Assembly: GCF_051307035.1 (NCBI RefSeq)
Contig: NZ_CP195536.1
Location: 270,001-302,000 of the forward strand
DNA length: 32,000 nt
From: Psychrobacter sp. DM4
GTDB lineage: Bacteria; Pseudomonadota; Gammaproteobacteria; Pseudomonadales; Moraxellaceae
Direction of reading: 5' to 3'
Part shown: one piece after another, positions 7,625 to 17,048 of the stretch
Position numbering within the stretch: the stretch's first letter is position 1
How the letters are laid out: each line of letters starts with the position of its first letter
Translations under genes and position numbers: made by a program
Notes under the pieces: model-generated
Told to the model about the DNA's origin: nothing
Seen by the model: the letters and a program-made list of their open reading frames with translations, nothing else
Databases searched by the model: none

Positions 7625-8401
7625 ATGGGCCTATTAGCAGTAGTATATATTTTAATTTTAGGATATATGGAGGCGTCGTCTAAGCCTACTAAAAAAAACG
7701 TACTTAGACGCAGTGCTGGGTGGGAAGCATATGTTTATTTAGCTTCTAATGGCGTAAGCGTTATTATAGGTGGGATGTGCATCTATTTTTTCGGTTACCT
7801 AGTCTCGTGGATAATAAATTGGATTATAGAAACTATTTCATTATGTGTTTTTCACTCTGCTTTCAGCACTCTAGCATGGTCAAACGAAAAGATATTTAGT
7901 ATCAAACTTTTTAATGAACATCCTATTTATTTTCATGCATTGATAGTCGCTTTTTTTGCATGGATCGTTTGTGAGGGACAAAAGGGGCCCAATAATTCAG
8001 AAGATGATTATAAATCACTTATGGGCCTAGATGGTGTTCTAAATATAGTTATCCACGCTATGCAGAAAGACTCTTTTGTCAAGGTTTCTCTAAAATCTCG
8101 AAAGGTATACATTGGTTTTGTAGTAAGCGAACAATTTAATAATGTTGATTTAGAAAATATAATGATTATTCCATTTTTAAGTGGATATAGAGATAAAGAT
8201 TTACTTACATTGATCACTAATTGCAATTACATGCCTATGTACGAAAAAAACAAATTTTTAGATGATAATGATAAAGTAAACTCTGAAAAAATTGATGACT
8301 TGAAGATGCTTATTAGAGTTGATGAGATTGAAACTATATCCCTTTTTGATCCTCTCTACTATGAAGATTTTGAAACCTATGATGCCTCTAGACTAGTATA
8401 G
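7625..8401 (+). CDS. Hypothetical polytopic membrane protein (258 aa) with a cytoplasmic C-terminal domain
   Basis: Three or four hydrophobic segments: GLLAVVYILILGY, VSVIIGGMCIYFFGYLVSWIINWII, ISLCVFHSAFSTLAW and IYFHALIVAFFAWIV. They are followed by a soluble region of about 140 aa containing an Sm-like strand pattern (FVKVSLKSRKVYIGFVV...DLENIMIIP) and a terminal MLIRVDEIETISLFD. The sequence is very AT-rich (23 G+C in the 100 nt 8101-8200 by hand count). Confidence 0.6.
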   Translation: MGLLAVVYILILGYMEASSKPTKKNVLRRSAGWEAYVYLASNGVSVIIGGMCIYFFGYLVSWIINWIIETISLCVFHSAFSTLAWSNEKIFSIKLFNEHPIYFHALIVAFFAWIVCEGQKGPNNSEDDYKSLMGLDGVLNIVIHAMQKDSFVKVSLKSRKVYIGFVVSEQFNNVDLENIMIIPFLSGYRDKDLLTLITNCNYMPMYEKNKFLDDNDKVNSEKIDDLKMLIRVDEIETISLFDPLYYEDFETYDASRLV

Positions 8402-8474
8402 TTGACGCTTACTTCTGACTCAACGCAGGTCAATAAAAGAATTTACGTTGTTTTATTTCAGTATTTTCTTCCAA

Positions 8475-8666
8475 TTATTCATCCTCCAAACCCTTCTTCG
8501 CCTCAGCCATCAACTCCTTTACCCGAGCACTCTCCCTAAGCACACAAGCCTCATATTCAGACAGCGATTCACCTTCTTGTTGTTGCTGATTTTCCTGCTC
8601 TTCTTTAGCTTTGGCTTCTAGATACTCTTCAAGTTTTTGTTGTTCATCTTGCTGTGAATGACTCAT
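8475..8666 (-). CDS. Hypothetical small acidic coiled-coil-like protein (63 aa)
   Basis: Strong RBS (TAAGGAG, 6 nt before the ATG). The composition is E/Q/K-rich and I recognise no family. It sits directly downstream of the GATase pseudogene on the same strand. Confidence 0.45.
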   Translation of the reverse strand: MSHSQQDEQQKLEEYLEAKAKEEQENQQQQEGESLSEYEACVLRESARVKELMAEAKKGLEDE

Positions 8667-8682
8667 GACTGACTCCTTATAC

Positions 8683-9354
<672 letters not shown>

Positions 9355-9393
9355 AATAGATACCTTGTGCATAAAAACAGTCAAGGAAATCGC

Positions 9394-10164
9394 TTAACCA
9401 CAAATCTTCAAATACTGACGCACCACATTATCAATCCCTTGCTCAAGCGACTCGATGGTGAAGGCGTGACCAATTGACACTTCCGCGACGTCACCAAGAC
9501 TGAGTAAATCGTCTAAATTGTCCAAGTTCAAATCATGACCCGCATTGACGCGTATACCGTTTTCACTGGCGAGGTTGATGCAATCGCTAAAGCGTTGTTT
9601 GACCTCATCGAAATTACCCTTGCCATCGTTGTTGGCACTGTCATCACTACTGTCATCACTACTATCATAGGTGCGCGCCCATTCCTCGGTATACATCTCG
9701 ATCGTTTGCACATCGCTATCGATAACGGCTTGAATCTGCTCGATATCAGGATCGATAAATACTGCGCAGCGCGTACCAAAGGCTTGTAGCTCATGACTGA
9801 GTTCTGACAACATATCTTTATGCTTGATAATGTCGAAACCATGATCTGAGGTCAGTTGATCTTCGCTGTCTGGCACGAGGGTACATTGATGCGGTTTGAC
9901 CTCACGAATTAGCGATAAAAATTGCTCATTCGGATTGCCTTCGATATTGAATTCGATGTTTTTATAATCTTTTAGAAACTCACTGATATCATAGACATCT
10001 TGGTATCTGATATGACGCTCATCAGGTCTTGGATGCACAGTAAAACCTTTGACCCCTAGATCAATCAGCTTTTTCACAAAGTACAGCAGATTGGGATAAT
10101 CGGTGCCGCGAGAGTTTCTGATTAATGCCAGTTTATTCAAATTCACGCTAAATAGGGTGCTCAT
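9394..10164 (-). CDS. pdxJ: Pyridoxine 5'-phosphate synthase
   Basis: 256 aa. Motifs LALIRNSRG, HPRPDERHI and VNAGHDLN are present. It contains an acidic low-complexity insert, DSSDDSSDDSANNDGKGN. Confidence 0.95.
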   Translation of the reverse strand: MSTLFSVNLNKLALIRNSRGTDYPNLLYFVKKLIDLGVKGFTVHPRPDERHIRYQDVYDISEFLKDYKNIEFNIEGNPNEQFLSLIREVKPHQCTLVPDSEDQLTSDHGFDIIKHKDMLSELSHELQAFGTRCAVFIDPDIEQIQAVIDSDVQTIEMYTEEWARTYDSSDDSSDDSANNDGKGNFDEVKQRFSDCINLASENGIRVNAGHDLNLDNLDDLLSLGDVAEVSIGHAFTIESLEQGIDNVVRQYLKICG

Positions 10165-10227
10165 AGCATTTCCTTTTTCATTATTGTTATGGATAGATTA
10201 TTGATGGTTAAGGGCTAATGCCTAATT

Positions 10228-11115
10228 TTAGTAGAAGTCATCACGACCAGCATACTTCTTATTCAAGGCTTTTAAAATAGCATAGGTCTCTATATCCATC
10301 TTGCCCGTTGGTTGCTGTGGTCGAAAGTGTAACTGAAAGGCATAGATGACATCGCGACTGGCTTTGTCCCATTCATCGCTATCGTTGATCTGATACCCAT
10401 AGTCGCGAAAGGCTTGCTTGATCTCAAGTATCGTTGGCGTTGTAAACTCAACTTCTTTAGTAAAGTAGCGTTTATCGCCTTCGTCATACCACGCGCCAAT
10501 GCCATACTCTTTATACAGACGTTGCCAAGGAAACTTCGCACCAGGATCAATCTTTCGTGAAGGGGCTAGGTCAGAGTGACCAATGATATTCTTTGGTGAG
10601 ATATCATAGCGTTTGGCGATGTCTTGCACGAGTTGCGCAACTTTTTTGATCTGCAATTCATCAAATAGGGCGTAGTGCTCATACGGATGATAGTCTAACT
10701 CGTCATCTTTCAGCGCACTTAGATACTGAGGTTGAATACCTATATTGACGATCTCAATGCCGATAGACGTATCGTTTAGTATCGTCCGTCCTGCAAAGCT
10801 GCCATCACCTGCATGCCAAGCGCGCTGATTTTCAGGAACTAAGCTATAGATTTTGTCATCGTCATTATCCATGATCAGATAGTGTGAGCTAACCTTGCCT
10901 TTGGTCAATAGCTGGATTGAACGCTCGTTATCGCTGACGGTATAGTGCAATACGATGGACTTGATACGTTGGCTTTTACCTGTTGCTTGATAGGTCTCGC
11001 TATCGATTGTGAAAGACTCAGGGTTGGCTATTTGGGACTTGAAAGTGGTGACACAGCCTATTAAAGGTAGCGTTAATAGAGAAGCTAGTGCTAAAGCGGT
11101 AATGTTTTTTGCCAT
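10228..11115 (-). CDS. N-acetylmuramoyl-L-alanine amidase lipoprotein (amidase_2 / AmiD-like) with a C-terminal peptidoglycan-binding-like repeat
   Basis: Signal peptide with lipobox LPLIGC. Amidase_2 blocks are HYTVS...SSHYLI....RAWHAG.S......NDTSIGIEIVN and IIGHSDLAP.RK.DPG..FPW. The C-terminal block ILEIKQAFRDYGY...WD..SRDVIYAFQLHF looks like a PG-binding domain. Confidence 0.85.
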   Translation of the reverse strand: MAKNITALALASLLTLPLIGCVTTFKSQIANPESFTIDSETYQATGKSQRIKSIVLHYTVSDNERSIQLLTKGKVSSHYLIMDNDDDKIYSLVPENQRAWHAGDGSFAGRTILNDTSIGIEIVNIGIQPQYLSALKDDELDYHPYEHYALFDELQIKKVAQLVQDIAKRYDISPKNIIGHSDLAPSRKIDPGAKFPWQRLYKEYGIGAWYDEGDKRYFTKEVEFTTPTILEIKQAFRDYGYQINDSDEWDKASRDVIYAFQLHFRPQQPTGKMDIETYAILKALNKKYAGRDDFY

Positions 11116-11208
11116 GGATTGCTCTGTGTGGGAAGTGATAAAAACAATGATGATTTATTACTGCAGATATTATATCAATGAGTAGTTACTCAATTAATTT
11201 TGATTATA

Positions 11209-12396
11209 CTATTTTATAAAGTACCACCCGTGAACTAGCTTTAATGAGTCTCTAATAACATGATTCAACAATCTGTCCTCTTTATAAAGTTTGATATAAA
11301 AGTTTTTGTCAACACTATGTCTACGTCTTGAGGAAGCTAATTTTTCACTAATATATATACTTATTTCTGATTCACAGTAACGGCAATGGTTTAATAGAAA
11401 GTCGTTTTTTTCTGATAGGAATATCTCGCCATGACCAAGTTTAGCCTGCCATTGATAACTATTTAATTGCTCTATAATACTTTGATACTCAAAGTTAGCG
11501 AGCTTTGATAGAGGTAAACTATTTAACAAGCAAGACGAAGAGTCATGCACGTTCGGCAAATAAAAATCTATACCTTGAATCAAATTAGTTAATTTCCTAC
11601 ACTTTGGACATTTGGTAGAGCCAATATTAGGATAGGCAAATATAGGTAATTTTCTACTTGGAAACCACTGGATATCACCAGCTAGTAAGTGTTTGATAAA
11701 ATCTGTTAGCTCAAAAGTCAGTACATCATCATTGTTAGAATTTGAACCTTTAAGCGCTTGCCAAAGTATAGTTCTAGGACTCAACAACATTGATAAAGGC
11801 TTGATACCTGAAACTATAAACTCTTTTGTCACTCTATCGTGCAGAGGAGCCGAGTTCATCAGCTGTAAATCAAAAAGAGGTAACCATCTCTTCTGTTGAA
11901 ACTCTAAAATTTTTAGTTTTCTTTTTCCAACATTTTGAAGCCATACTGCTCTTATAGGTAAAGATTTAAATAGCCTAGAATGATACTTTGCATGTCTTTC
12001 TCTAGTTCTACTAAATGTTTGGGATGACCACTGTATTTCTACAGGGATGGCAGCTTTATCGTTGTAAATTATTAAATCAGAAATCCAGACATTCGGTTTC
12101 TTATCATCTGATCGCCTTTCAAATTCAACTTGCCATCCAACTTCTAAGGCTGCTCGGGCACATAAGTACTTAGCATACATATGCTCGCTAGACTCGTCGG
12201 TAACAGGACAATCACCACGTTTCTTATGAGCAAAAAACTGAGTGCCGTAATGACTGGTTTTAGGTAATGCTTGAGATTCACAGCAAGACATAGAGATATC
12301 CATCTGCTTATAATTCTTCTTCAAATCATGCCATTCATCTGTAGAAAAAGAGAAACTAAAGATTTCTTGGCTATCTTTCATACATGAAAACGGCAT
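11209..12396 (-). CDS. CoiA-like (PD-(D/E)xK nuclease-type) protein with a Cys-rich C-terminal extension; orphan AT-rich gene
   Basis: 395 aa. The N-terminal half follows the CoiA-family pattern as I recall it: CC....FFAHKKRGDC....ESSEH..AK........GW.VEFE......ISDLII.....AIPVEIQWS.......RERHAKY........AVWL. The C-terminal half has two CxxC pairs (CPKCRK, CRYCES). G+C is about 33% by hand count of 11581-11700, against about 57% in a purL sample. Confidence 0.6.
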   Translation of the reverse strand: MPFSCMKDSQEIFSFSFSTDEWHDLKKNYKQMDISMSCCESQALPKTSHYGTQFFAHKKRGDCPVTDESSEHMYAKYLCARAALEVGWQVEFERRSDDKKPNVWISDLIIYNDKAAIPVEIQWSSQTFSRTRERHAKYHSRLFKSLPIRAVWLQNVGKRKLKILEFQQKRWLPLFDLQLMNSAPLHDRVTKEFIVSGIKPLSMLLSPRTILWQALKGSNSNNDDVLTFELTDFIKHLLAGDIQWFPSRKLPIFAYPNIGSTKCPKCRKLTNLIQGIDFYLPNVHDSSSCLLNSLPLSKLANFEYQSIIEQLNSYQWQAKLGHGEIFLSEKNDFLLNHCRYCESEISIYISEKLASSRRRHSVDKNFYIKLYKEDRLLNHVIRDSLKLVHGWYFIK

Positions 12397-12452
12397 TTAG
12401 TCTATATATCCTTATCCCTAACAATATGATTAGCCTAATAAGTTGAACCTTC

Positions 12453-13217
12453 CTAACCCTTTCGAACCTTCTTCCGCAGCACCACCTTCCAACTCTCCTC
12501 CAAACACTCAATCGCGAGCCACGGCTCAATATCCTCAGCAGCATACTTCTCTTTTGAATTCGACAGTTGCCACAGTGTCTCAAGCGTCGCAAACGGGTAG
12601 GGACGTTCTATTAGATAAACGGGCAAATCCACATCAATTATGCCATCACGTACAACTTGGAAGTACCAACCCGCGATACCTTGTTTACTGACCCAAGCTG
12701 CGATGTTTGGCACTTTAGTAAATTGACCGATTTGGTCATTAATTTTATAGCAGGGACGGCGCGGTTGTACGACACGTAACTGCACACTATCAGCGCCATT
12801 AACGTACTCATCACCGTACTGAAATACGTCACCAATACAAACCGTAGACTCGTCCATATCGGGCAAATCGTTAACAGACTCGGTAATCAAGTTTTCGCCT
12901 AGCGTACCAATGCGTACTTTTAGATTAAACTCTGCATTGATAAGTCCGTAAGTAGCGATTGGCATCTGATGTACTGCTTTTAATGGACCACCATGATGCT
13001 TACGATCCGCTTGCTCATCCGTGCTCAGACCCATAAAGTTAACGGCGACTGGCGCTTTGATAGGGGCTTTATCAATGGCACTCATCGCCTCGCGCGCGAA
13101 TGGCATGGCTTTGCCTGCGCGCACACAGGTTAGGGTGGCAATGTGTAGCGGCAGAGGGTGATTAAAGCCTGTTCCGATTTGACTTTGTAGTAAACTTTCA
13201 GCTGATTCTATGCTCAT
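12453..13217 (-). CDS. MOSC domain-containing protein (YiiM-like)
   Basis: It has GENL and the conserved-Cys block VVQPRRPCYKIN, plus a C-terminal helical domain. I place the start at the ATG at 13217 (MSIESAE..) because AGGA lies 7 nt upstream. The ORF track extends to 13241. Confidence 0.8.
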   Translation of the reverse strand: MSIESAESLLQSQIGTGFNHPLPLHIATLTCVRAGKAMPFAREAMSAIDKAPIKAPVAVNFMGLSTDEQADRKHHGGPLKAVHQMPIATYGLINAEFNLKVRIGTLGENLITESVNDLPDMDESTVCIGDVFQYGDEYVNGADSVQLRVVQPRRPCYKINDQIGQFTKVPNIAAWVSKQGIAGWYFQVVRDGIIDVDLPVYLIERPYPFATLETLWQLSNSKEKYAAEDIEPWLAIECLEESWKVVLRKKVRKG

Positions 13218-13328
13218 TATGTGTCCTAAATGGCAAACCAATATGATTTAGTGGTAGCGTTATCTTAGCGCAATCATAGTGCGCTTTCAGCATATTTATA
13301 TTCAGGTGAACGCGTTATAGCCGCGCAT

Positions 13329-13358
13329 AAAAAAGACCAGATACGTTATCCGGTCTTT
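13329..13358 (-). terminator. Rho-independent terminator downstream of rsfS
   Basis: The minus-strand RNA reads aaagaccgg-(loop)-ctggtcttt followed by a U-run (complement of A 13329-13334). One pair is G.U on the minus strand. Confidence 0.6.
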
Positions 13359-13384
13359 CAGTAGTGCTCAAAGCTATAACGATT

Positions 13385-13786
13385 TTAGCTACGGCGACCC
13401 GCTTTCTTTTCACGCGGAATAGCAACTAATTCTGCCAAGCTCTCAGACGATGACCACAGACCTTCAAGATCATAAAACTCGCGAGCCTGCGGCATCATCA
13501 TATGCACGACGACCGCGCCCAAATCGATCAAGGTCCAGTCAGAATCGTGGCCGCCTTCACGGCCAAGCGGCATAAAGCCCGCTTTTTTGGCTTCAGCGCC
13601 AAGGCTGTCAGCAAGCGCGCGCACGTGACGTTTTGAGGTGCCATCAGCAATCACCATACGTTCCATAACATCGGTTAAGTCCTCGACATTAAGTACAGTA
13701 ATGTTCTTGGCTTTCATATCTTCTAAAGCGGTGGTAACGAGGTCTAAACATTCTTTTAAACGCTCATCAGTCATGGTGTTAGTCAT
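13385..13786 (-). CDS. rsfS: Ribosome silencing factor RsfS (iojap family)
   Basis: 133 aa. The motifs ALEDMKAKNITVLNV...TDVMERMVIADGTSKRHVRALAD and WTLIDLGAVVVHMM....REFYDLEGLW are typical of RsfS. The nadD-rsfS adjacency is a conserved arrangement. Confidence 0.9.
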   Translation of the reverse strand: MTNTMTDERLKECLDLVTTALEDMKAKNITVLNVEDLTDVMERMVIADGTSKRHVRALADSLGAEAKKAGFMPLGREGGHDSDWTLIDLGAVVVHMMMPQAREFYDLEGLWSSSESLAELVAIPREKKAGRRS

Positions 13787-13921
13787 AAATAGTGGTCTCT
13801 TAAATCATTACTACAATAGGTAAAAATAAATAGGGTCATGAACTACAGGCAGTTAGATAAAAAGCGCGGTGTTCATTAAAGGGTAAAAAGCAACAAAAGG
13901 TATAACGCAATTTTAACGGAA

Positions 13922-14740
13922 TTAAGCCCTAGAATATAGCTGATGGGTCATTATATAGTGATAAACCGCAGGATTTAGCCATTTATCGAGTAGATTGGGG
14001 GAAATAGAACCTATGATATCATTTATTGGCGTGACAGAGGTGACTGACATCTGCGACTTAACCGAAGGGTCGCGCTTAGGTGCAGCTAGCAACTGGCGTA
14101 TTTGCGTACTCGATACTGATGCTATAGCTCGCCGGTCTATATAAATGTGACCTTGGTCATTGGTTTTCAAGGGTTTAAGTATATTTATAACAGAATCAGT
14201 CGTCTGCGCTTGTAGTTCTATAGGCAGTCGCTTCACAGCATCTGGCTGGCTTATTACTTTGACATCTACAGGTTCTGTGCTGATATCCACACGGTCAAAT
14301 ATCCATAAGTTGACATAATCAGTCAGCTCTAAACCATCCCTCCATCGATCCAAACTACTCGCGCTGTCCATACCCATGATAAATATCAAGCTATCGTTGG
14401 GATAGTGAGCATGTAATGTACGCACGCTATCGATAGTATAGACGGGCGGCGTTTGCCATAGTTCTAGCTCATCGATGTGTAGCGGTGTATCTTGTACCGC
14501 GAGCTTTAGCATAGCCAATCGATGTTTAGGGTTTGTGCTATGGGTCTTAAAAGGTGAGCGTGCATTAGGGAGTAACGATAGATGCAGCTTGCGATTTTGT
14601 TCGCTTGCAAAGGGTAATAAGCGCTCATAAACCGTCATCGCCATCTGTACATGACCAAGATGGACAGGATCAAATGAACCGCCAAGATAGACGCGAATAG
14701 CAGGTTTGATAGCATGAGAGGAGAAGGGACTTTGAGTCAT
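13922..14740 (-). CDS. nadD: Nicotinate-nucleotide adenylyltransferase
   Basis: It has GGSFDPVHLGH (the nucleotidyltransferase (H/T)xGH motif) and SSTQIR near the C-terminal third. At 272 aa it is longer than the roughly 213 aa typical of the family. Confidence 0.85.
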   Translation of the reverse strand: MTQSPFSSHAIKPAIRVYLGGSFDPVHLGHVQMAMTVYERLLPFASEQNRKLHLSLLPNARSPFKTHSTNPKHRLAMLKLAVQDTPLHIDELELWQTPPVYTIDSVRTLHAHYPNDSLIFIMGMDSASSLDRWRDGLELTDYVNLWIFDRVDISTEPVDVKVISQPDAVKRLPIELQAQTTDSVINILKPLKTNDQGHIYIDRRAIASVSSTQIRQLLAAPKRDPSVKSQMSVTSVTPINDIIGSISPNLLDKWLNPAVYHYIMTHQLYSRA

Positions 14741-14785
14741 GTCATCATTATAACGTCAATAGCGCTAAGAGCTAAATTTGTAGCT

Positions 14786-14826
14786 AAAAAAACCGCTCAC
14801 CATAACTTTATGATGAGCGTTTTTTA
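14786..14826. terminator. Hairpin terminator downstream of pta (bidirectional architecture)
   Basis: aaaaaaa-ccgctcacc...gatgagcg-tttttt. The single C.A mismatch becomes G.U on the minus-strand (pta) transcript. Confidence 0.6.
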
Positions 14827-14848
14827 TAATTAACGAGTAAACCCTAAC

Positions 14849-16993
14849 TTAAATCAAATCACTATGAGCTTGGATAGCCGTCAAAGCGATGGTATAGACA
14901 ATGTCATCAACCAGCGCACCACGTGATAAATCATTAACCGGCTTGTTCAAACCTTGTAGCATTGGACCCACACTGATGACATTAGCACTGCGCTGTACCG
15001 CTTTGTAAGTGGTGTTACCCGTATTGAGATCGGGGAAGATAAAGACATTGGCTTGACCGGCGACTTTTGAATCAGGCGCTTTTTGTTTGCCGACGCTCAT
15101 AACCGAGGCGGCGTCATACTGTAGCGGACCATCTACGGCTAGATCTGGCGCACGCTCACGGACGATTTGCGTGGCACGCGTAACTTTTTCGACGTCAACG
15201 CCAGTACCTGATGAACCCGTAGAGTAGCTGATCATTGCCACTTTGGGATCGATACCAAAGGCGGCAGCAGACTGCGCTGATTGAATCGCAATTTCAGCCA
15301 GCTCCTCTGCGGTTGGGTCAGGATTAATAGCACAATCGCCATAGACGACGACTTGCTCTGGCAATAGCATAAAGAATACCGATGACACTAACGAATACTG
15401 CGGTGCAGTCTTAATCAGCTGAAACGCTGGGCGTACGGTATTGGCAGTGGTATGGATAGCGCCGGAGACTAAGCCATCCACTTCGTCTAACTGTAGCATA
15501 ATCGTGCCTAGATAGACGGTATCTTGCAGATATTCAGCCGCAATATCAGTCGTGGTTTTGCCCTTACGGCGCTCAACGATAGCAGCGACATATTTATCCA
15601 TGTCTAGCGAAGCAGGATCCAAAATCTCAAGCCCTTCAGGCAAGGTCAAGTTGCGATTTTTGGCAACTAATTCAACATCACTACGCGTTGCTAATAGCAC
15701 ACAATTGGCGATACCGCGGCTTTGACAGATACAAGCGGCTTCAACGGTACGCGGCTCAGAACCTTCTGGCAGTACGATACGTTTTTTGGCTTGCTGCGCC
15801 TGCTTGACCACTTGATGACGGAAGGCGGCAGGAGATAGTCGCGGCTTATGATCACCGCTAAATTGCTCTTTTATCCAAGCCAAATCTAAGTGCGCGGCGA
15901 CATAACGCGTGACATCGGTGGCGCGCTCAGTATCATCACTTGGAATCTCAGCACTCATGTGCAAGAGTTTTTGTACCGTCTCAAAGCTATCAGTTTCAAC
16001 GCTCATTACAGGGATGCCCGTCTTTAGCGCTGAGACCCACAATGCGGCGACGGTCTCGTTCGGTGTGACCCCGCCCGTGAGCACTAGACCTGCTAAGGGT
16101 ACGCCATTGATGCAGGCCAGCCCTGCGGCAAGGAGCAAATCATCACGGTCGCCTGGGACGACGATCAGTGTACCGCGCTTGAAGATCTCATCAACGCGGG
16201 CAATAGAGCGCGCGGTTAGGCTGATGTTATTGATGCGGCGGGTTTTGGCGTCGCCAACATTGAGCCAAGTAGCATCAAGCTCGGCGGCGATATCCCAAGT
16301 ACGCGGTACGGACAACGTATCGCTAAAAGGTACCACTCCAATCAAGCGAAACTGCTCACTATCGAAATGCGGCGATAAGCGCTGTACTTCTTGAATGTAG
16401 CTTTGATCAAGCTCAAACACCGCTTCGCCTGGCGCCACAGGTTGGTTGTCATAGGTGTTCGGCACATCAACGCGCATCAAAATACAGCCAAGGGTGCGCG
16501 CGCTTGCGATACCGCCGAACTCACGTGCATGGACGTCGAGCTTGTCAGCCAAATGCGCAGGATTGTTGATATCAGCGTCGCTGACAAAGATAATTTTGGC
16601 GTCCAAAGCATGAGCAATAGCGCGGTTGACTTGGGAGGCATAAGAGGCCTCTGTCGTTGAGACTAGACCTTCACAGATGACGACATCTTGATCATCACCG
16701 ATACTATGAAAGCTGCCAATCACCTCTTCCATGAGCTCATCGATATTGCCATCACCGATCATGCGTAAAGCGCGCTGACGCCCAATAGATTTGGGCGCTT
16801 TGAGACCAAAGGCGTGCATAGCAAGTGCACTTGAGCTATCTAAGCTCTTTTGTTTATCTAGAGTATCATCTTGCAAAAACGGCTTCATAAAGCCCGCTTT
16901 AATACCGTTATAATCGAGCGCCCGAATCAGACCTAGCGCCGCTGACGTCACACCGATACCTCGGCTGATAGGAACTAATAAAATAGTTTGCAT
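14849..16993 (-). CDS. pta: Phosphate acetyltransferase (long form with N-terminal regulatory domains)
   Basis: 714 aa. The C-terminal PTA domain is recognisable (VLPEGSEPRTV.A........VLL, SGAIHTTANT, YGDCAINPDP). It lies immediately downstream of ackA. Confidence 0.95.
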   Translation of the reverse strand: MQTILLVPISRGIGVTSAALGLIRALDYNGIKAGFMKPFLQDDTLDKQKSLDSSSALAMHAFGLKAPKSIGRQRALRMIGDGNIDELMEEVIGSFHSIGDDQDVVICEGLVSTTEASYASQVNRAIAHALDAKIIFVSDADINNPAHLADKLDVHAREFGGIASARTLGCILMRVDVPNTYDNQPVAPGEAVFELDQSYIQEVQRLSPHFDSEQFRLIGVVPFSDTLSVPRTWDIAAELDATWLNVGDAKTRRINNISLTARSIARVDEIFKRGTLIVVPGDRDDLLLAAGLACINGVPLAGLVLTGGVTPNETVAALWVSALKTGIPVMSVETDSFETVQKLLHMSAEIPSDDTERATDVTRYVAAHLDLAWIKEQFSGDHKPRLSPAAFRHQVVKQAQQAKKRIVLPEGSEPRTVEAACICQSRGIANCVLLATRSDVELVAKNRNLTLPEGLEILDPASLDMDKYVAAIVERRKGKTTTDIAAEYLQDTVYLGTIMLQLDEVDGLVSGAIHTTANTVRPAFQLIKTAPQYSLVSSVFFMLLPEQVVVYGDCAINPDPTAEELAEIAIQSAQSAAAFGIDPKVAMISYSTGSSGTGVDVEKVTRATQIVRERAPDLAVDGPLQYDAASVMSVGKQKAPDSKVAGQANVFIFPDLNTGNTTYKAVQRSANVISVGPMLQGLNKPVNDLSRGALVDDIVYTIALTAIQAHSDLI

Positions 16994-17048
16994 AGCGTCT
17001 CCTACTTTTTATTGTATTTTTAATAAATGAATGTGCCGATACATACGT

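Noticed and set aside
12371-12691. ORFs of 73 and 82 aa spanning the junction between the CoiA-like gene and the MOSC gene
   Set aside because: They overlap the well-supported MOSC C-terminus and the start region of the CoiA-like gene in other frames. Their compositions are Arg- or Pro/Ser-rich and I see no translation signals.
13218-13241. Eight-codon N-terminal extension of the MOSC ORF (MVCHLGHI)
   Set aside because: The ATG at 13217 has a properly spaced AGGA, while the upstream ATG has none. The difference is minor and unresolved without data.
15909-16660. Plus-strand ORFs (161 aa and 89 aa) antisense to pta, and similar antisense or alternative-frame ORFs inside purL, ackA, lysA, dapF, xerC, rpoN and pdxJ
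   Set aside because: They are fully embedded in strongly supported genes and have Ser/Arg/Ala-rich or low-complexity compositions. They have no RBS and no recognisable motifs. Open antisense frames like these are typical of GC-biased coding regions.
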